Origin: Antedon mediterranea
Taxonomy: Eukaryota; Animalia; Echinodermata
Reading direction: 5' to 3'
Assembly: GCF_964355755.1 (NCBI RefSeq)
Contig: NC_092678.1
Location: forward strand, 17,341,881-17,405,880
DNA length: 64,000 nt
This document shows, in pieces, positions 51,861 to 64,000 of this stretch. The translations under genes were made by a program, and so were the position numbers. The notes below the pieces were generated by a model. The model made no database searches. It was not told the DNA's origin and saw only the letters and a program-made list of their open reading frames with translations. Positions within the stretch are counted from its first letter, which is position 1. Each line of letters starts with the position of its first letter.

Positions 51861-54252
51861 CAAAAGTTTTCACTCCCGGAGTCGAGTGGTGGGTGTTTAC
51901 AGTTCGAGCGGGAATACATGCACACTCGTTGAAGGAGTGGTACGTTTTATGCTTAATAATTATGGCAGTCGCTCAAATTGGAGTGGATTAACACTCATTC
52001 AAGAGTGAACATCATTTCACTCTAAATTTGGAGTGGAAATATCACTCGTTTACATTAAGAGAGTACCTAAAGAACCAACAACATCGACAAAGGTTCGAGG
52101 CCGACTCGCTCCTAGTTCTGGTGGTGGAACAAGTCTTCTCGGATAAGGACTATAAACCGTAGGTCCAGTGTACACAGTTATAACCTGTGTGCACTTTAAA
52201 GAACCCAGTTCATTATTCGAAAAGAGTAGGGGGTTACCCCGGTGAACTGGTTCACAAAATAGCTCTGTATCAGGGGGATTGCCACCTATCTGATAGGACA
52301 GTGATTAATCCACTATTGTTAATCCTTGGCCACATTGCCTAAAGACATAAAATTAAAATTAAATATCAATGTAAACGATTCCATGTAGTTCATGTTCTAA
52401 AAAACTGCTATTGTTAGCCCTGAAAAAAAGAACCTATTATACTTTAACGGACCATTTTCGCTGAACACGTCGTAGATGTTGGTACTTAGCGTTAGTTAGT
52501 TTTAAGTTGGACAAAAGCAGTTTATTAACTTTAAAAGGAGCATCCCAACCATTGCCTGGTCGGCGATCTTTGACTAAACGTCCTAAATATATTTTTGAAC
52601 AAACAAAGTTAAATCAAATCATCTGAACTCATATAGAAACATCTACACATATCATATATCTTATATCACATGCCTAATTTCATAATTAACATGATTAATT
52701 TACAATGTAAATCTGCAGCATATTCGAAGTATAAAATTATAAGAAAACACAGTATTTGCAAAGATTTTTAACCACATTTGCAGGCAATGATTTTCGTCAT
52801 ATAAATACCTTGTAAATGTTGTAAATAAACACACGAGCTGTTTTGAAGGATGTCTTTGTTCTGGAAAAAAATAGTTTCACTTGCGTATATGTCAATGATT
52901 AACATATAATGGTTGTAAAATAATAAGTGTCAGTGGAAAATAATAGATGCTGATGTTAACATGCTAATAAAAAAAAAAGAAGAGTGACATTACAAATGTA
53001 AGAGTTTAGCTTTATAATGTATTTGTAATAGGTAGTCTCTGTAGCAAGGGAAAATTCCCACCCGACTAAACATAGCTGAAATAATAGTTGATGTAGACCT
53101 AATCTGACCTACATGAATTTTAGAATTGAGAATAACCAAACGAATTAAGGAAAATTTTTACAGAAAATCGATGGTATAATGATGATTTATTTGCAGTCTA
53201 ACAAGTGACAGTATTATCCCTTCTCTTATCTTATCTTATCTAGGTCTACTGCAGAATGTGAACGGAAACATCCGTATACGTTTGACAAAAAGTATAAAAA
53301 ATTATCTATAAAAAGATTTACCAGTTTATAATAATCTCATAGCGCCGTTACACACTCACATAATTATTATTTGTTTGTACAATAATGTAAGCAAATAGAC
53401 TGGAAGATACTAAAGCATTTTTTAAAAACTATAACACAATACTACTGTTGTAAGGTCTATGACCCACAAGGGCGTTGATGTTACTGTAATGATCAACAAC
53501 TGTAACATTAACATTGGTCAAATCAAGTAAACATGTTCCTACCAAGAATAACCTGTAATACAAAAAAGTAAACATAATAATACAATTTTAATATACATTT
53601 TATTGACAAAAAGAGAGATAGACGTTTCGGTAGCATCATAGAAACATTTTCAAGATCAAGTGAATCCAAATCAATAATAATTATGTGCACTAAGCACCAA
53701 AGTTGGTGACATGAAATGCTACTGAGGGATTGAAATTATATATTAAACGTCTTTTAATTCATAATAATACAACTTAAAACTATCATTTTAATTATTTTGC
53801 AAAAAAACACCAACATATTTTATGTTTTATCCGCTTTGATTAAGAATAAATGGAATAATTTGTTATTGTTCAGAGTCATACCACAAGGCTTCAATTAAAA
53901 AAACATACTTTAACGTACTAATGTTATAGGATCTAGTATGCCAACAAATTACACCAGGTATGTATGCAACATTTTACTCCAGAAGATGTTAAAATACTCA
54001 AGAATAAACTAGCTAAGTAACTGATGGGGGTGACAGTGTCGTATCAAAACGTCGTCAAAAAGTCGAGAATAATATGACCGATATCTTATCATTTCTTATT
54101 TACAATGATGTTGAATTAAAGAATTCCGACATTTGCTGCTGTGAACTTATCTAAAATTGCAACTGTTCATATTGGGGCTGTAGATACTGCCTCGTTATAT
54201 CGTGAGATAAAGAAGATACCATTTGATTTGCACTAAGGCGCAGGATTGGTCA

Positions 54253-55810
54253 TAGCAATAAATAGCAAACAAATAGCTGTGTAAATGCTATACCTGATAC
54301 AGCAATACTAGCAATTAATAGCAAACAAATAGCTGTGTAATTGCTATACCTTTTACAGCAATAATAGCAAATAATAGCAAAGAAATAGCTGTGTAATTGC
54401 TATACCTGATACAGCAATAATAGCAAATAATAGCAACCAAATAGCTGTGTAATTGCTATACCTGATACAGCAATAATAGCAAATAATAGTAAACAAATAG
54501 CTGTGTAATTGCTATACCTGATACAGCAATATTAATAGCAAATAATAGCAAACAAATAGCTGTGTAATTGCTATACCTTTTACAGCAATAATAGCAAATA
54601 ATAGCAAACAAATAGCTGTGTAATTGCTATACCTGATACAGCAATAATAGCAAGTAATAGCAAACAAATAGCTGTGTAATTGCTATACCTGATACAGCAA
54701 TAATAGCAAATAATTAGCAAACAAATAGCTGTATAATTGCTATACCTGATACAGCAATAATAGCAAATAATTAGCAAACAAATAGCTGTGTAATTGCTAT
54801 ACCTAATACAGCAATAATAGCAAAAAATTAGCAAACAAATAGCTGTGTAATTGCTATACCTGATACAGCAATAATAGCAAAAAATTAGCAAACAAATAGC
54901 TGTGTAATTGCTATACCTGATACAGCAATAATAGCAAATAATAGCAAACAAATAGCTGTGTAATTGCTATACCTGATACAGCAATAATAGCAAATAATTA
55001 GCAAACAAATAGCTGTGTAATTGCTATACCTGATACAGAAATAATAGCAAATAATTAGCAAACAAATAGCTGTGTAATTGCTATACCTGATACAGAAATA
55101 ATAGCAAATAATAGCAAACAAATAGCTGTGTAATTGCTATACCTGATACAGCAATATTAATAGCAAATAATAGCAAACAAATAGCTGTGTAATTGCTATA
55201 CCTGATACAGCAATATTAATAGCAAATAATAGCAAACAAATAGCTGTGTAATTGCTATACCTGATACAGCAATAATAGCAAATAATAGCAAACAAATAGC
55301 TGTGTAATTGCTATTGCTGTTCTATCACTATCCTACTGTGACACATTGGTCACTTGCCTGAAACCTCAGCTATAGCTGCTATAGTTGCTATACCTGATAC
55401 AGCAATAATACCAATTAATAGCAAACAAATAGCTGTGTAATTGCTATACCGATCCAGCAATAATATAGCAAATAATAGCAAACAAATAGCTGTATAATTG
55501 CTATAATATGATACAGCAATAATAGCAAGTAATAGCAATTAAATAGCTGTGTAAGTGCTATATTTTATACAGCATAAATAGCATGGAAATAACTTGCAGT
55601 TGCTATAATTGATATAGCCAGGCTGAAAATAGCCTTGGGATAGCTTTGGTATTATAAACAGCAAACAAATACCTGTGCAATTGCTTCACATCATCTATAC
55701 AAAACAGGCTGCAAATAGCCTTGGGATAGCTGTTATATCACTATCCTACTGTGACACATTGGTCACTTGCCTGAAACCTCAGCTATAGCTGCTATAGTTG
55801 CTATATTTCA
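54253..55810. repeat. 56-59-bp minisatellite (~20 copies) with a duplicated terminal block
   Basis: Unit gcaataatagcaaataatagcaaacaaatagctgtgtaattgctatacctgataca. Block tatcactatcctactgtgacacattgg...gttgctata at ~55324 and ~55736. Confidence 0.95.
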
Positions 55811-56097
55811 ACTACACCATACCATAGTTAAAGCCAAATAATATAACAATTACACAATGCTACACTTAAACTGTGTATACTTAAAGGCCAGGTGCGGGCA
55901 AGACATTTCTATTGATCATACATTCCAATAATCATCGATCTATAGTTTCCCCTATGTTTCATAATTTTTGGGATTTTCTTAGTGTTACACAAGCTTGTTG
56001 AAAATAACCACTTTCTTATCAGTGGGGGATAGTTCAAATTACACAGTAAAATCTCTAAATTCTTTTGTACACAAATTTTTTTAATAAAGGGGCATTT

Positions 56098-59000
56098 TAG
56101 TGATGTTTTTTTTAGGGTATACACGTCAGGCGTTTTACATGAGGGTGGTCAGATCTTGGCGGTTTACATCTGGAGTGATGTTTTTTTTTATTGGTATACA
56201 CGTCAGGCGTTTCACATGATGGTGGTTAGATCTTGGCGGTTTACATCTGGAGTGATTTTTTTTTAAGGTTATACTGTACACGTCAGGCATTTTACCTTGG
56301 TGGTTTACATCTGGAGTGATGTTTTTTTTAGGTTATACACGTCAGGCGTTTTACATGAGGGTGTTCAGATCTTGGCGGTTTACATCTGGAGTGATGTTTT
56401 TTTTAGGTTGTACACGTCAGGCGTTTTACATGAGGGTGTTCAGATCTTGGCGGTTTACATCTGGAGTGATGTTTTTTTTAGGTTGTACACGTCAGGCGTT
56501 TTACATGAGGGTGGTCAGATCTTGGCTTTTTACATCTGGAGTGATGTTTTTTTTAGGTTGTACACGTCAGGCGTTTTACATGAGGGTGGTCAGATCTTGG
56601 TGGTTTTCATCTGGAGTGATGTTTTTTTTTAGGTTATACACGTCATGCGTTTTACATGAGGGTGGTCAGATCTTGGTGGTTTTCATCTGGAGTGATGTTT
56701 TTTTTTAGGTTGTACACGTCAGGCGTTTTACATGAGGGTGGTCAGATCTTGGTGGTTTTCATCTGGAGTGATGTTTTTTTTTAGGTTGTACACGTCAGGC
56801 GTTTTACATGAGGGTGGTCAGATCTTGGTGATTTTCATCTGGAGTGATGTTTTTTTTTAGGTTATACACGTCAGGCGTTTTACATGAGGGTGGTCAGATC
56901 TTGGTGGTTTACATCTGGAGTGATGTTTTTTTTAGGGTATACACGTCAGCCGTTTTACATCTTGGCGAATTACATCTGGAGTGATGGTTTTTTTTAGGTT
57001 GTACACGTCAGGCGTTTTACATGAGGGTGGTCAGATCTTGGTGATTTTCATCTGGAGTGATGTTTTTTTTTAGGTTATACACGTCAGGCGTTTTACATGA
57101 GGGTGGTCAGATCTTGGTGGTTTACATCTGGAGTGATGTTTTTTTTAGGGTATACACGTCAGCCGTTTTACATCTTGGCGAATTACATCTGGAGTGATGT
57201 TTTTTTTTAGGTTGTACACGTCAGGCGTTTTACATGAGGGTGGTCAGATCTTGGTGATTTTCATCTGGAGTGATGTTTTTTTTTAGGTTATACACGTCAG
57301 GCGTTTTACATGAGGGTGGTCAGATCTTGGTGGTTTACATCTGGAGTGATGTTTTTTTTAGGGTATACACGTCAGCCGTTTTACATCTTGGCGAATTACA
57401 TCTGGAGTGATGGTTTTTTTTTTAGGTTATTCACGTCAGGCTTTTTACATGAGGGTGTTCAGATCTTGCCGGTTTACATCTGGAGTGATGTTTTTTTTTA
57501 AGGTTATACACGTCAGGCGTTTCACATCTTTGCGGTTTTCATCTGGAGTGATGTTTTTTTTGTTAGGTTATACACGTCAGGCGTTTCACATGAAGGGGGG
57601 TCAGATCTTGGCGGTTTACATCTGGAGTGATGTTTTTTTTAGGTTATACACGTCAGGCGTTTTACATGAGGGTGGTTAGATCTTGGCAGTTTATATCTGG
57701 AGTGATGTTTTTTTTAGGTTATACACGTCAGGCGTTTTACATGAGGGTGGTTAGATCTTGGCGGTTTACATCTGGAGTGATGTTTTTTTTTAGGTTATAC
57801 ACGTCAGGCGTTTTACATGAGGGTCGTTAGATCTTGGCGGTTTACATCTGGAGTGATGTTTTTTTTTAGGTTATACACGTCAGGCGATTTACATGAGGGT
57901 GTTCAGATCTTGGCGGTTTACATCAGGAGTGATGTTTTTTTTATGGGTATACACGTCAGGCGTTTCACATGAGGGTGGTTAGATCTTGGCGGTTTATGTC
58001 AGGATTAATGGTTTTTTTTTAAAGGTATACACGTCAGACGTTTTACATGAGGGTGGTTAAATCTTTGCGGTTTACATCTGGAGTGATGTTTTTTTTTTAG
58101 GTTATACACGTCAGGCGTTTTACATGAGAGTGCGTGGTCAGATCTTGGCGGTTTACATATGGAATGATGTTTTTTTTAAGGTTATACGCATCAGGCGTTT
58201 TACATGAGAGTGGTCAGATCTTGAGTGCGTGGTCAGATCTTGGCGGTTTACATATGGAATGATGTTTTTTTTAAGGTTATACGCATCAGGCGTTTTACAT
58301 GAGAGTGGTCAGATCTTGGCGGTTTACATCTGGAGTGATGTTTTTTTTAAGGGTATAAACGTCAGGCGTTTTACATGAGGGTGGTTAGATCTTGGCGGTT
58401 TACATCTGGAGTGATGTTTTTTTTTTAGGTTATACACGTCAGGCGTTTTACATGAGGGTGGTTAGATCTTGGCGGTTTACATCTGGAGTGATGTTTTTTT
58501 TTAGGTTATACACGTCAGGCGTTTCACATGAGGGTGGTTGGATCTTGGCGGTTTACATCTGGAGTGATGTTTTTTTTACGTTATACACGTCAGGCGTTTT
58601 ACATGAGGGTGGTCAGATCTTGGCGGTTTACATCTGGAGTGATGTTTTTTTTAGGTTATACACGTCAGGCGTTTTACATGAGGGTGGTTAGATCTTGCCG
58701 GTTTAGGTCAGGAGTAATGTTTTTTTTAAGGGTATGCACGTGAGGCGTTTTACATGAGGGTGGATCCATTTCGGCAGTTTACATCAGGAGTGATGTTTTT
58801 TTTTAAAGGTATACATGTCAGGCATTTTATACGAGTGTGGTTAGATCTTGGCGGTTTACATCTGAAGTGATGTTTTTTTTAATGGGTATAAACGTCAGGC
58901 ATTTCACATGAGGGTGGTTAGATCTTAGCGGTTTATGTCAGGAGCGTTTTACATCTTGGAGGTTTACACTGGAGTGATTTTTTTTTATAGGTTATACACG

Positions 59001-61866
59001 TCAGGCGTTTTACATGAGGCTGTTCAGATCTTGGCGGTTTACAACATCATAGTTGAGATTATTAAGGAACAAACCAGAAAACTATATAGAGCCATTTTTG
59101 ACATTCCAGTTCCCAAATATTTTTAAACATCTTTAATACTACAATATAATCCATATTGACAACAACTATTATTTACCAACAACAACAATCAGGCTTTTAC
59201 AATGGATTCCGAACACTACAAATACTTTCATCTTAAACAGCACAATCCTAAAATATTTAAATGTCATAACTAAATATTTACATCTGGGGTGATGTTTTTT
59301 TTTAAAGGTATACATGTCAGGCATTTTATATGAGTGTGGTTAGATCTTGGCGGTTTACATCTGAAGTGATGTTTTTTTTTATAGGTACACATCAGGCATT
59401 TCAAATGAGGGTGGTTAGATCTTGGCGGTTTACACTGGAGTGACTTTTTTTTTTAGGTTATACACGTCAGGCGTTTTACATGAGGGTGTTCTTGGCGGTT
59501 TACATCTGGCTTGTTTTTTTTTTAGGTTATACACATTAGGCGTTTCACATGTGGGTGGTCATATCTTGGCGGTTTACATCTGGAGTGATGTTTTTTAGGG
59601 TATACATGTCAGGGGTTTTACATGAGGGTGGTCAGACCTTGGAGGTTTGCATCTGGAGTGATGTTTTTTTTATGGGTATACACGTCAGGCGTTTCACATG
59701 ACGGTGGTTAGATCTTGGCGGTTTACATCTGGAGTGATGGTTTTTTTTAAGGTTCTACACATCAGGCGTTTTACATCTTGGCGGTTTACATCTGGAGTGA
59801 TGTTTTTTTTTTTTTGGTTATACACGTCAGGCGTTTTACATGACCAGTTAGGGTGGTCAGATCTTGGTGGTTTGCATCTGAAGTGTTTTTTTTTTAGGTT
59901 ATACGCATCAGGCGTTTCACATGAGGGTGGTCAGATCTTGGCGGTTTATGTCAGGATTAATGGTTTTTTTTAAAGGTATACACGTCAGGCGTTTTACATG
60001 AGGGTGGTTAAATCTTGGCGGTTTACATCTGGAGTGATGTTTTTTTTTAGGTTATACACGTCAGGCGTTTTACATGAGAGTGCGTGGTCAGATCTTGGCG
60101 GTTTACATCTGGAGTGATGTTTTTTTTAGGTTATACACGTCAGGCGTTTCACATGAGGGTGGTTAGATCTTGCCGGTTTAGGTCAGGAGTAATGTTTTTT
60201 TTAAGGGTATGCACGTGAGGCGTTTTACATGAGGGTGGATCCATTTCGGCAGTTTACATCAGGAGTGATGTTTTTTTTTAAAGGTATACATGTCAGGCAT
60301 TTTATACGTTTGTGGTTAGATCTTGGCGGTTTACATCTGAAGTGATGTTTTTTTTAATGGGTATAAACGTCAGGCATTTCACATGAGGGTGGTTAGATCT
60401 TAGCGGTTTATGTCAGGAGCGTTTTACATCTTGGCGGTTCACACTGGAGTGATTTTTTTTTTATAGGTTATACACGTCAGGCGTTTTACATGAGGCTGTT
60501 CAGATCTTGGCGGTTTACAACATCATAGTTGAGATTATTAAGGAACAAACCAGAAAACTATATAGAGCCATTTTTGACATTCCAGTTCCCAAATATTTTT
60601 AAACATCTTTAATACTACAATATAATCCATATTGACAACAACTATTATTTACCAACAACAACAATCAGGCTTTTACAATGGATTCCGAACACTACAAATA
60701 CTTTCATCTTAAACAGCACAATCCTAAAATATTTAAATGTCATAACTAAATATTTACATCTGGGGTGATGTTTTTTTTTAAAGGTATACATGTCAGGCAT
60801 TTTATATGAGTGTGGTTAGATCTTGGCGGTTTACATCTGAAGTGATGTTTTTTTTTATAGGTACACATCAGGCATTTCAAATGAGGGTGGTTAGATCTTG
60901 GCGGTTTACACTGGAGTGACTTTTTTTTTTAGGTTATACACGTCAGGCGTTTTACATGAGGGTGTTCTTGGCGGTTTACATCTGGATTGTTTTTTTTTTA
61001 GGTTATACACATTAGGCGTTTCACATGTGGGTGGTCATATCTTGGCGGTTTACATCTGGAGTGATGTTTTTTAGGGTATACATGTCAGGGGTTTTACATG
61101 AGGGTGGTCAGACCTTGGAGGTTTGCATCTGGAGTGATGTTTTTTTTATGGGTATACACGTCAGGCGTTTCACATGACGGTGGTTAGATCTTGGCGGTTT
61201 ACATCTGGAGTGATGGTTTTTTTTAAGGTTCTACACATCAGGCGTTTTACATCTTGGCGGTTTACATCTGGAGTGATGTTTTTTTTTTTTTTTGGTTATA
61301 CACGTCAGGCGTTTTACATGACCAGTTAGGGTGGTCAGATCTTGGTGGTTTGCATCTGAAGTGTTTTTTTTTTAGGTTATACGCATCAGGCGTTTCACAT
61401 GAGGGTGGTCAGATCTTGGCGGTTTACATCTGGAGTGATGTTTTTTTTTTTTTGGTTATACACGTCAGGCGTTTCACATGACCAGTTAGGGTGGTCAGAT
61501 CTTGGTGGTTTGCATCTGAAGTGTTTTTTTTTTAGGTTATACACGTCAGGCGTTTCACCTGAGGGTGGTTAGATCTTGGCGGTTTACATCTGGAGTGATG
61601 GTTTTTTTTAGGTTATACGCATCAGTCGTTTCACATGAGGGTGGTCAGATCTTGGCGGTTAACATCTGGAGTGATGTTTTGTTTTAGGTTATACACGTCA
61701 GGCATTTTTTATGAGGTGGTCACATCTTGGCGGTTTACATCTGGAGTGATGTTTTTTTTATGGGTATACATGTCAGGCGGTTCACATGAGGGTGGTTAGA
61801 TCTTGGCGGTTTATGTCAGGATTAATGTTTTTTTTAAAGGGTATACACGTCAGGCGTTTTACATGA
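56098..61866. repeat. ~75-bp satellite array with higher-order duplications
   Basis: Unit g(t)naggttatacacgtcaggcgttttacatgagggtggtcagatcttggcggtttacatctggagtgat. A 1476-bp higher-order repeat is marked by inserts at ~59043 and ~60519. Confidence 0.97.
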
Positions 61867-62375
61867 TTATTTAAAGGGTCAGTTCTAAGTTCAGATTATT
61901 TAGAAGGTTAGGATACTTAAAGAAGGTTTAGTTGACACAGTGGAGGTTTATTAAATGGTTAGGTTCATTTCATAGTTGAGATTATTTAGAGGGTTAGGTT
62001 CAGTTCATAGTTGAGATTATTTAGAGGGTGAGGTTCAGTTGATGTTTCAGATTATTTAGAGGGTGAGGTTCAGTTCATAGTTGCTATTATTTACAGTGTT
62101 AGGTTCAGTTGATAGTTGAGATTATATAGAGGGTTCAGTTCATAGTTTAGATCATTAAGACGGTTAGGTTCACTTCATAGCTGAGATTATTTAAACGGTA
62201 CGTTCAGTTCATAGTTGAGATTATTAAGGAACAAACCAGAAAACTATTACAGTGTTAGGTTCAGTTGATAGTTGAGATTATATAGAGGGTTCAGTTCATA
62301 GTTCAGATCATTAAGACGGTTAGGTTCACTTTATAGCTGAGATTATTTAAAAGGTACGTTCAGTTCATAGTTGAG
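61866..62375. repeat. ~35-bp degenerate minisatellite
   Basis: catagttgagattatttagagggttaggttcagtt at 61971, 62006 and further diverged copies. Confidence 0.85.
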
Positions 62376-63189
62376 CCAATTTTGACATTCCAGTTCCCAA
62401 ATATTTTTAAACATCTTTAATACTACAAGAATAATCTATATTGACAACAACAACTATTATTTACCAACAACAACAATCAGGCTTTTACAAGGGATTCCGA
62501 ACACTACAAATACTTTCATCCTAAACAGCACAATCCTAAAATATTTAAATGTCATAACTAAATATAATGCCTCAATTTAATTGTTCATTTCCTTATAAAC
62601 TTAAGTTGCAACTATTAATGATTCAGAATAATATTATATAAAGGTCGCAAACTTAATTCTTTGGCTCTTGAAGTACAATATTATGCAACACACGTAGAAA
62701 TTTGAATAAAATGTACAGCAAGAAAAATGAGCATAACATCGTGTATGATGACAAAATTAACCTATTCCAAATAAAACATGCCTTCCAAATTCCAATTAAA
62801 GGGTGATAGCAACAAACCCAAAAACTATAGAGACATTTCTGACATTCGACTTTCCAAACATTTTTAAACATCTTTAATACTACAACAATAAGCAATTACT
62901 GATAAACAACAACATTATTTACCAACAACAATCAGGCTGTCACAAGGGATTCAGAACACTACATATACTTTCATGCTAAACAGCACAATCCAAAAATATT
63001 TAAGTAAGAGAAGGGATCAATTATTTTGTTGCTTCGTTTATCTCAAACTTGCTTTTCACTACATAAACAATAATGTGTATTAATAAAATTAAGAGAAATA
63101 GGTGTAATCAATAATACATTTCACGTCAAATATTCCATGTACAGTAAAATATCAGCACATGTAAAAATATGCCACTAGTTAATGCTCCC

Positions 63190-63340
63190 ATTTCAACGTT
63201 TGAATGGGATACAGCAAGAAGGTTCACCTCTGTATTCTGTTTAAAATATATTTATAAACGATCTATTATTAATACAAATACCAAAGAAATACAATTCGGA
63301 GACTGCTTTATAAACCATCTATTATATTATGCAATGTTAG
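63190..63340 (+). pseudogene. Highly degraded non-LTR (L2/CR1/RTE-type) RT fragment
   Basis: NGIQQEGSPL...NIFINDLL...GDCFINHLL resembles GVxQG..LSP.LFNIFINDL...INxLLYADD. Confidence 0.45.
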
Positions 63341-64000
63341 TGTAAATGTAATCCTATCCAAAATAATTGTATTTCAAAAAGGTGGGAAATTATTAGGACA
63401 TTTGGAAAGTCGTACTGTAATATAACAACCTTTACATGTAAGTTGTTTAATCGTATACATACGTTCGAGTATGGATACATCTGGTACAATCAGAAAGTTG
63501 AAAATAAATACAAGTTTGTGATTTAGAAAAATGAAAATATGTTAAGCAGTTTACAATCCATTCTAAATGAGAGTATTTTAATTTATTTAAATGAAAGATT
63601 ATAATTTCAGTTTTATCAAAGATAAAATTCATTTTATGTTACTTTTCCCTTTTTTATAAATGTCATAACTAAATGTATGCCTAGATTTAATTGTACATTT
63701 CCTTATAAACTTAAGTTGCAACTATTAATGATTAACAATAATATTATATACAGGTCCCAAACTTAATTCTTTGGCTCTTGAAGTACAATATTATGCAAAA
63801 CACGTAGAAATTTGATTAAAATGTACAGCAATTAGGACAATGAGTGATCTGAGTAAGTAGAATAGCCTGATTTATAACATACGATTGAACAATGTCATTC
63901 ACTAACTTATTGCGTGTCCAAAAGTTTACCCTCATGCTGCAGTTTCTTGTGTATCATTTCATTGTGTCTTTGGATAACAGTATACAAAAAAAATTTGACA

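Larger units (their letters stand above)
48870..52065. mobile_element. 3.2-kb non-autonomous TIR element, EnSpm-like
   Basis: Perfect inverted termini TACTCTCTTAATGTAAA (48870) and TTTACATTAAGAGAGTA (52065). Many GAGTG/CACTC subterminal motifs (48885-49160, 51870-52050). Confidence 0.88.
48827..52363 (+). mobile_element. tRNA-derived SINE with Deu/Nin-like core, split by a 3.2-kb TIR element
   Basis: A-box TGGCCGAGCGG (~48835) and B-box GGTTCGAGGCC (~52092). Core tctcggataaggactataaaccgtaggtcc...ttaaagaaccc...tcgaaaagagtagggg...ccccggtg resembles the Deu-domain of AmnSINE1 and sea-urchin SINEs. (taaaat)n tail. Confidence 0.75.

Noticed and set aside
39664-61481. Repetitive ORFs (LETRIQKIQIG..., CCIRYSNYTA..., VYIWSDVFFRLYTSG...)
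   Set aside because: These are translations of 63-, 96-, 57- and 75-bp satellite units, broken by homopolymer indels.

Overview
AT-rich eukaryotic (animal) DNA. A Deu/Nin-domain SINE suggests a marine invertebrate, possibly an echinoderm, but this is inference. I found no intact host gene; the window is a nested transposon and satellite landscape. From left to right: (1) the right part of an Academ-like DNA transposon (1-2946); (2) a full-length Mag-clade Ty3/Gypsy retrotransposon on the minus strand (3272-23508, 202-bp LTRs, ACATG target duplication), split inside RNase H by (3) a 15.7-kb non-autonomous CMC/EnSpm-like element (5166-20832, CCCAGCAAACA terminal repeats, TC duplication) with 151-bp and 180-bp subterminal satellite arrays and a decayed spliced DUF4806-like gene; (4) a complex tandem segmental duplication (about 7 copies of a core module, to ~46.7 kb) carrying a Tx1/L1 3' fragment with a target-site deletion, two Helitron-like inserts, and a second EnSpm derivative with divergent transposase and SAM/SAMD3-like remnants; (5) a tRNA-headed Deu-domain SINE split by a third TIR element that also carries a spliced SAMD3-like gene; (6) 56-, 75- and 35-bp satellites. 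Comparing paralogous copies reveals TA-X-TA micro-insertions that look like transposon excision footprints. Family assignments come from motif recognition by eye; no database searches were run.
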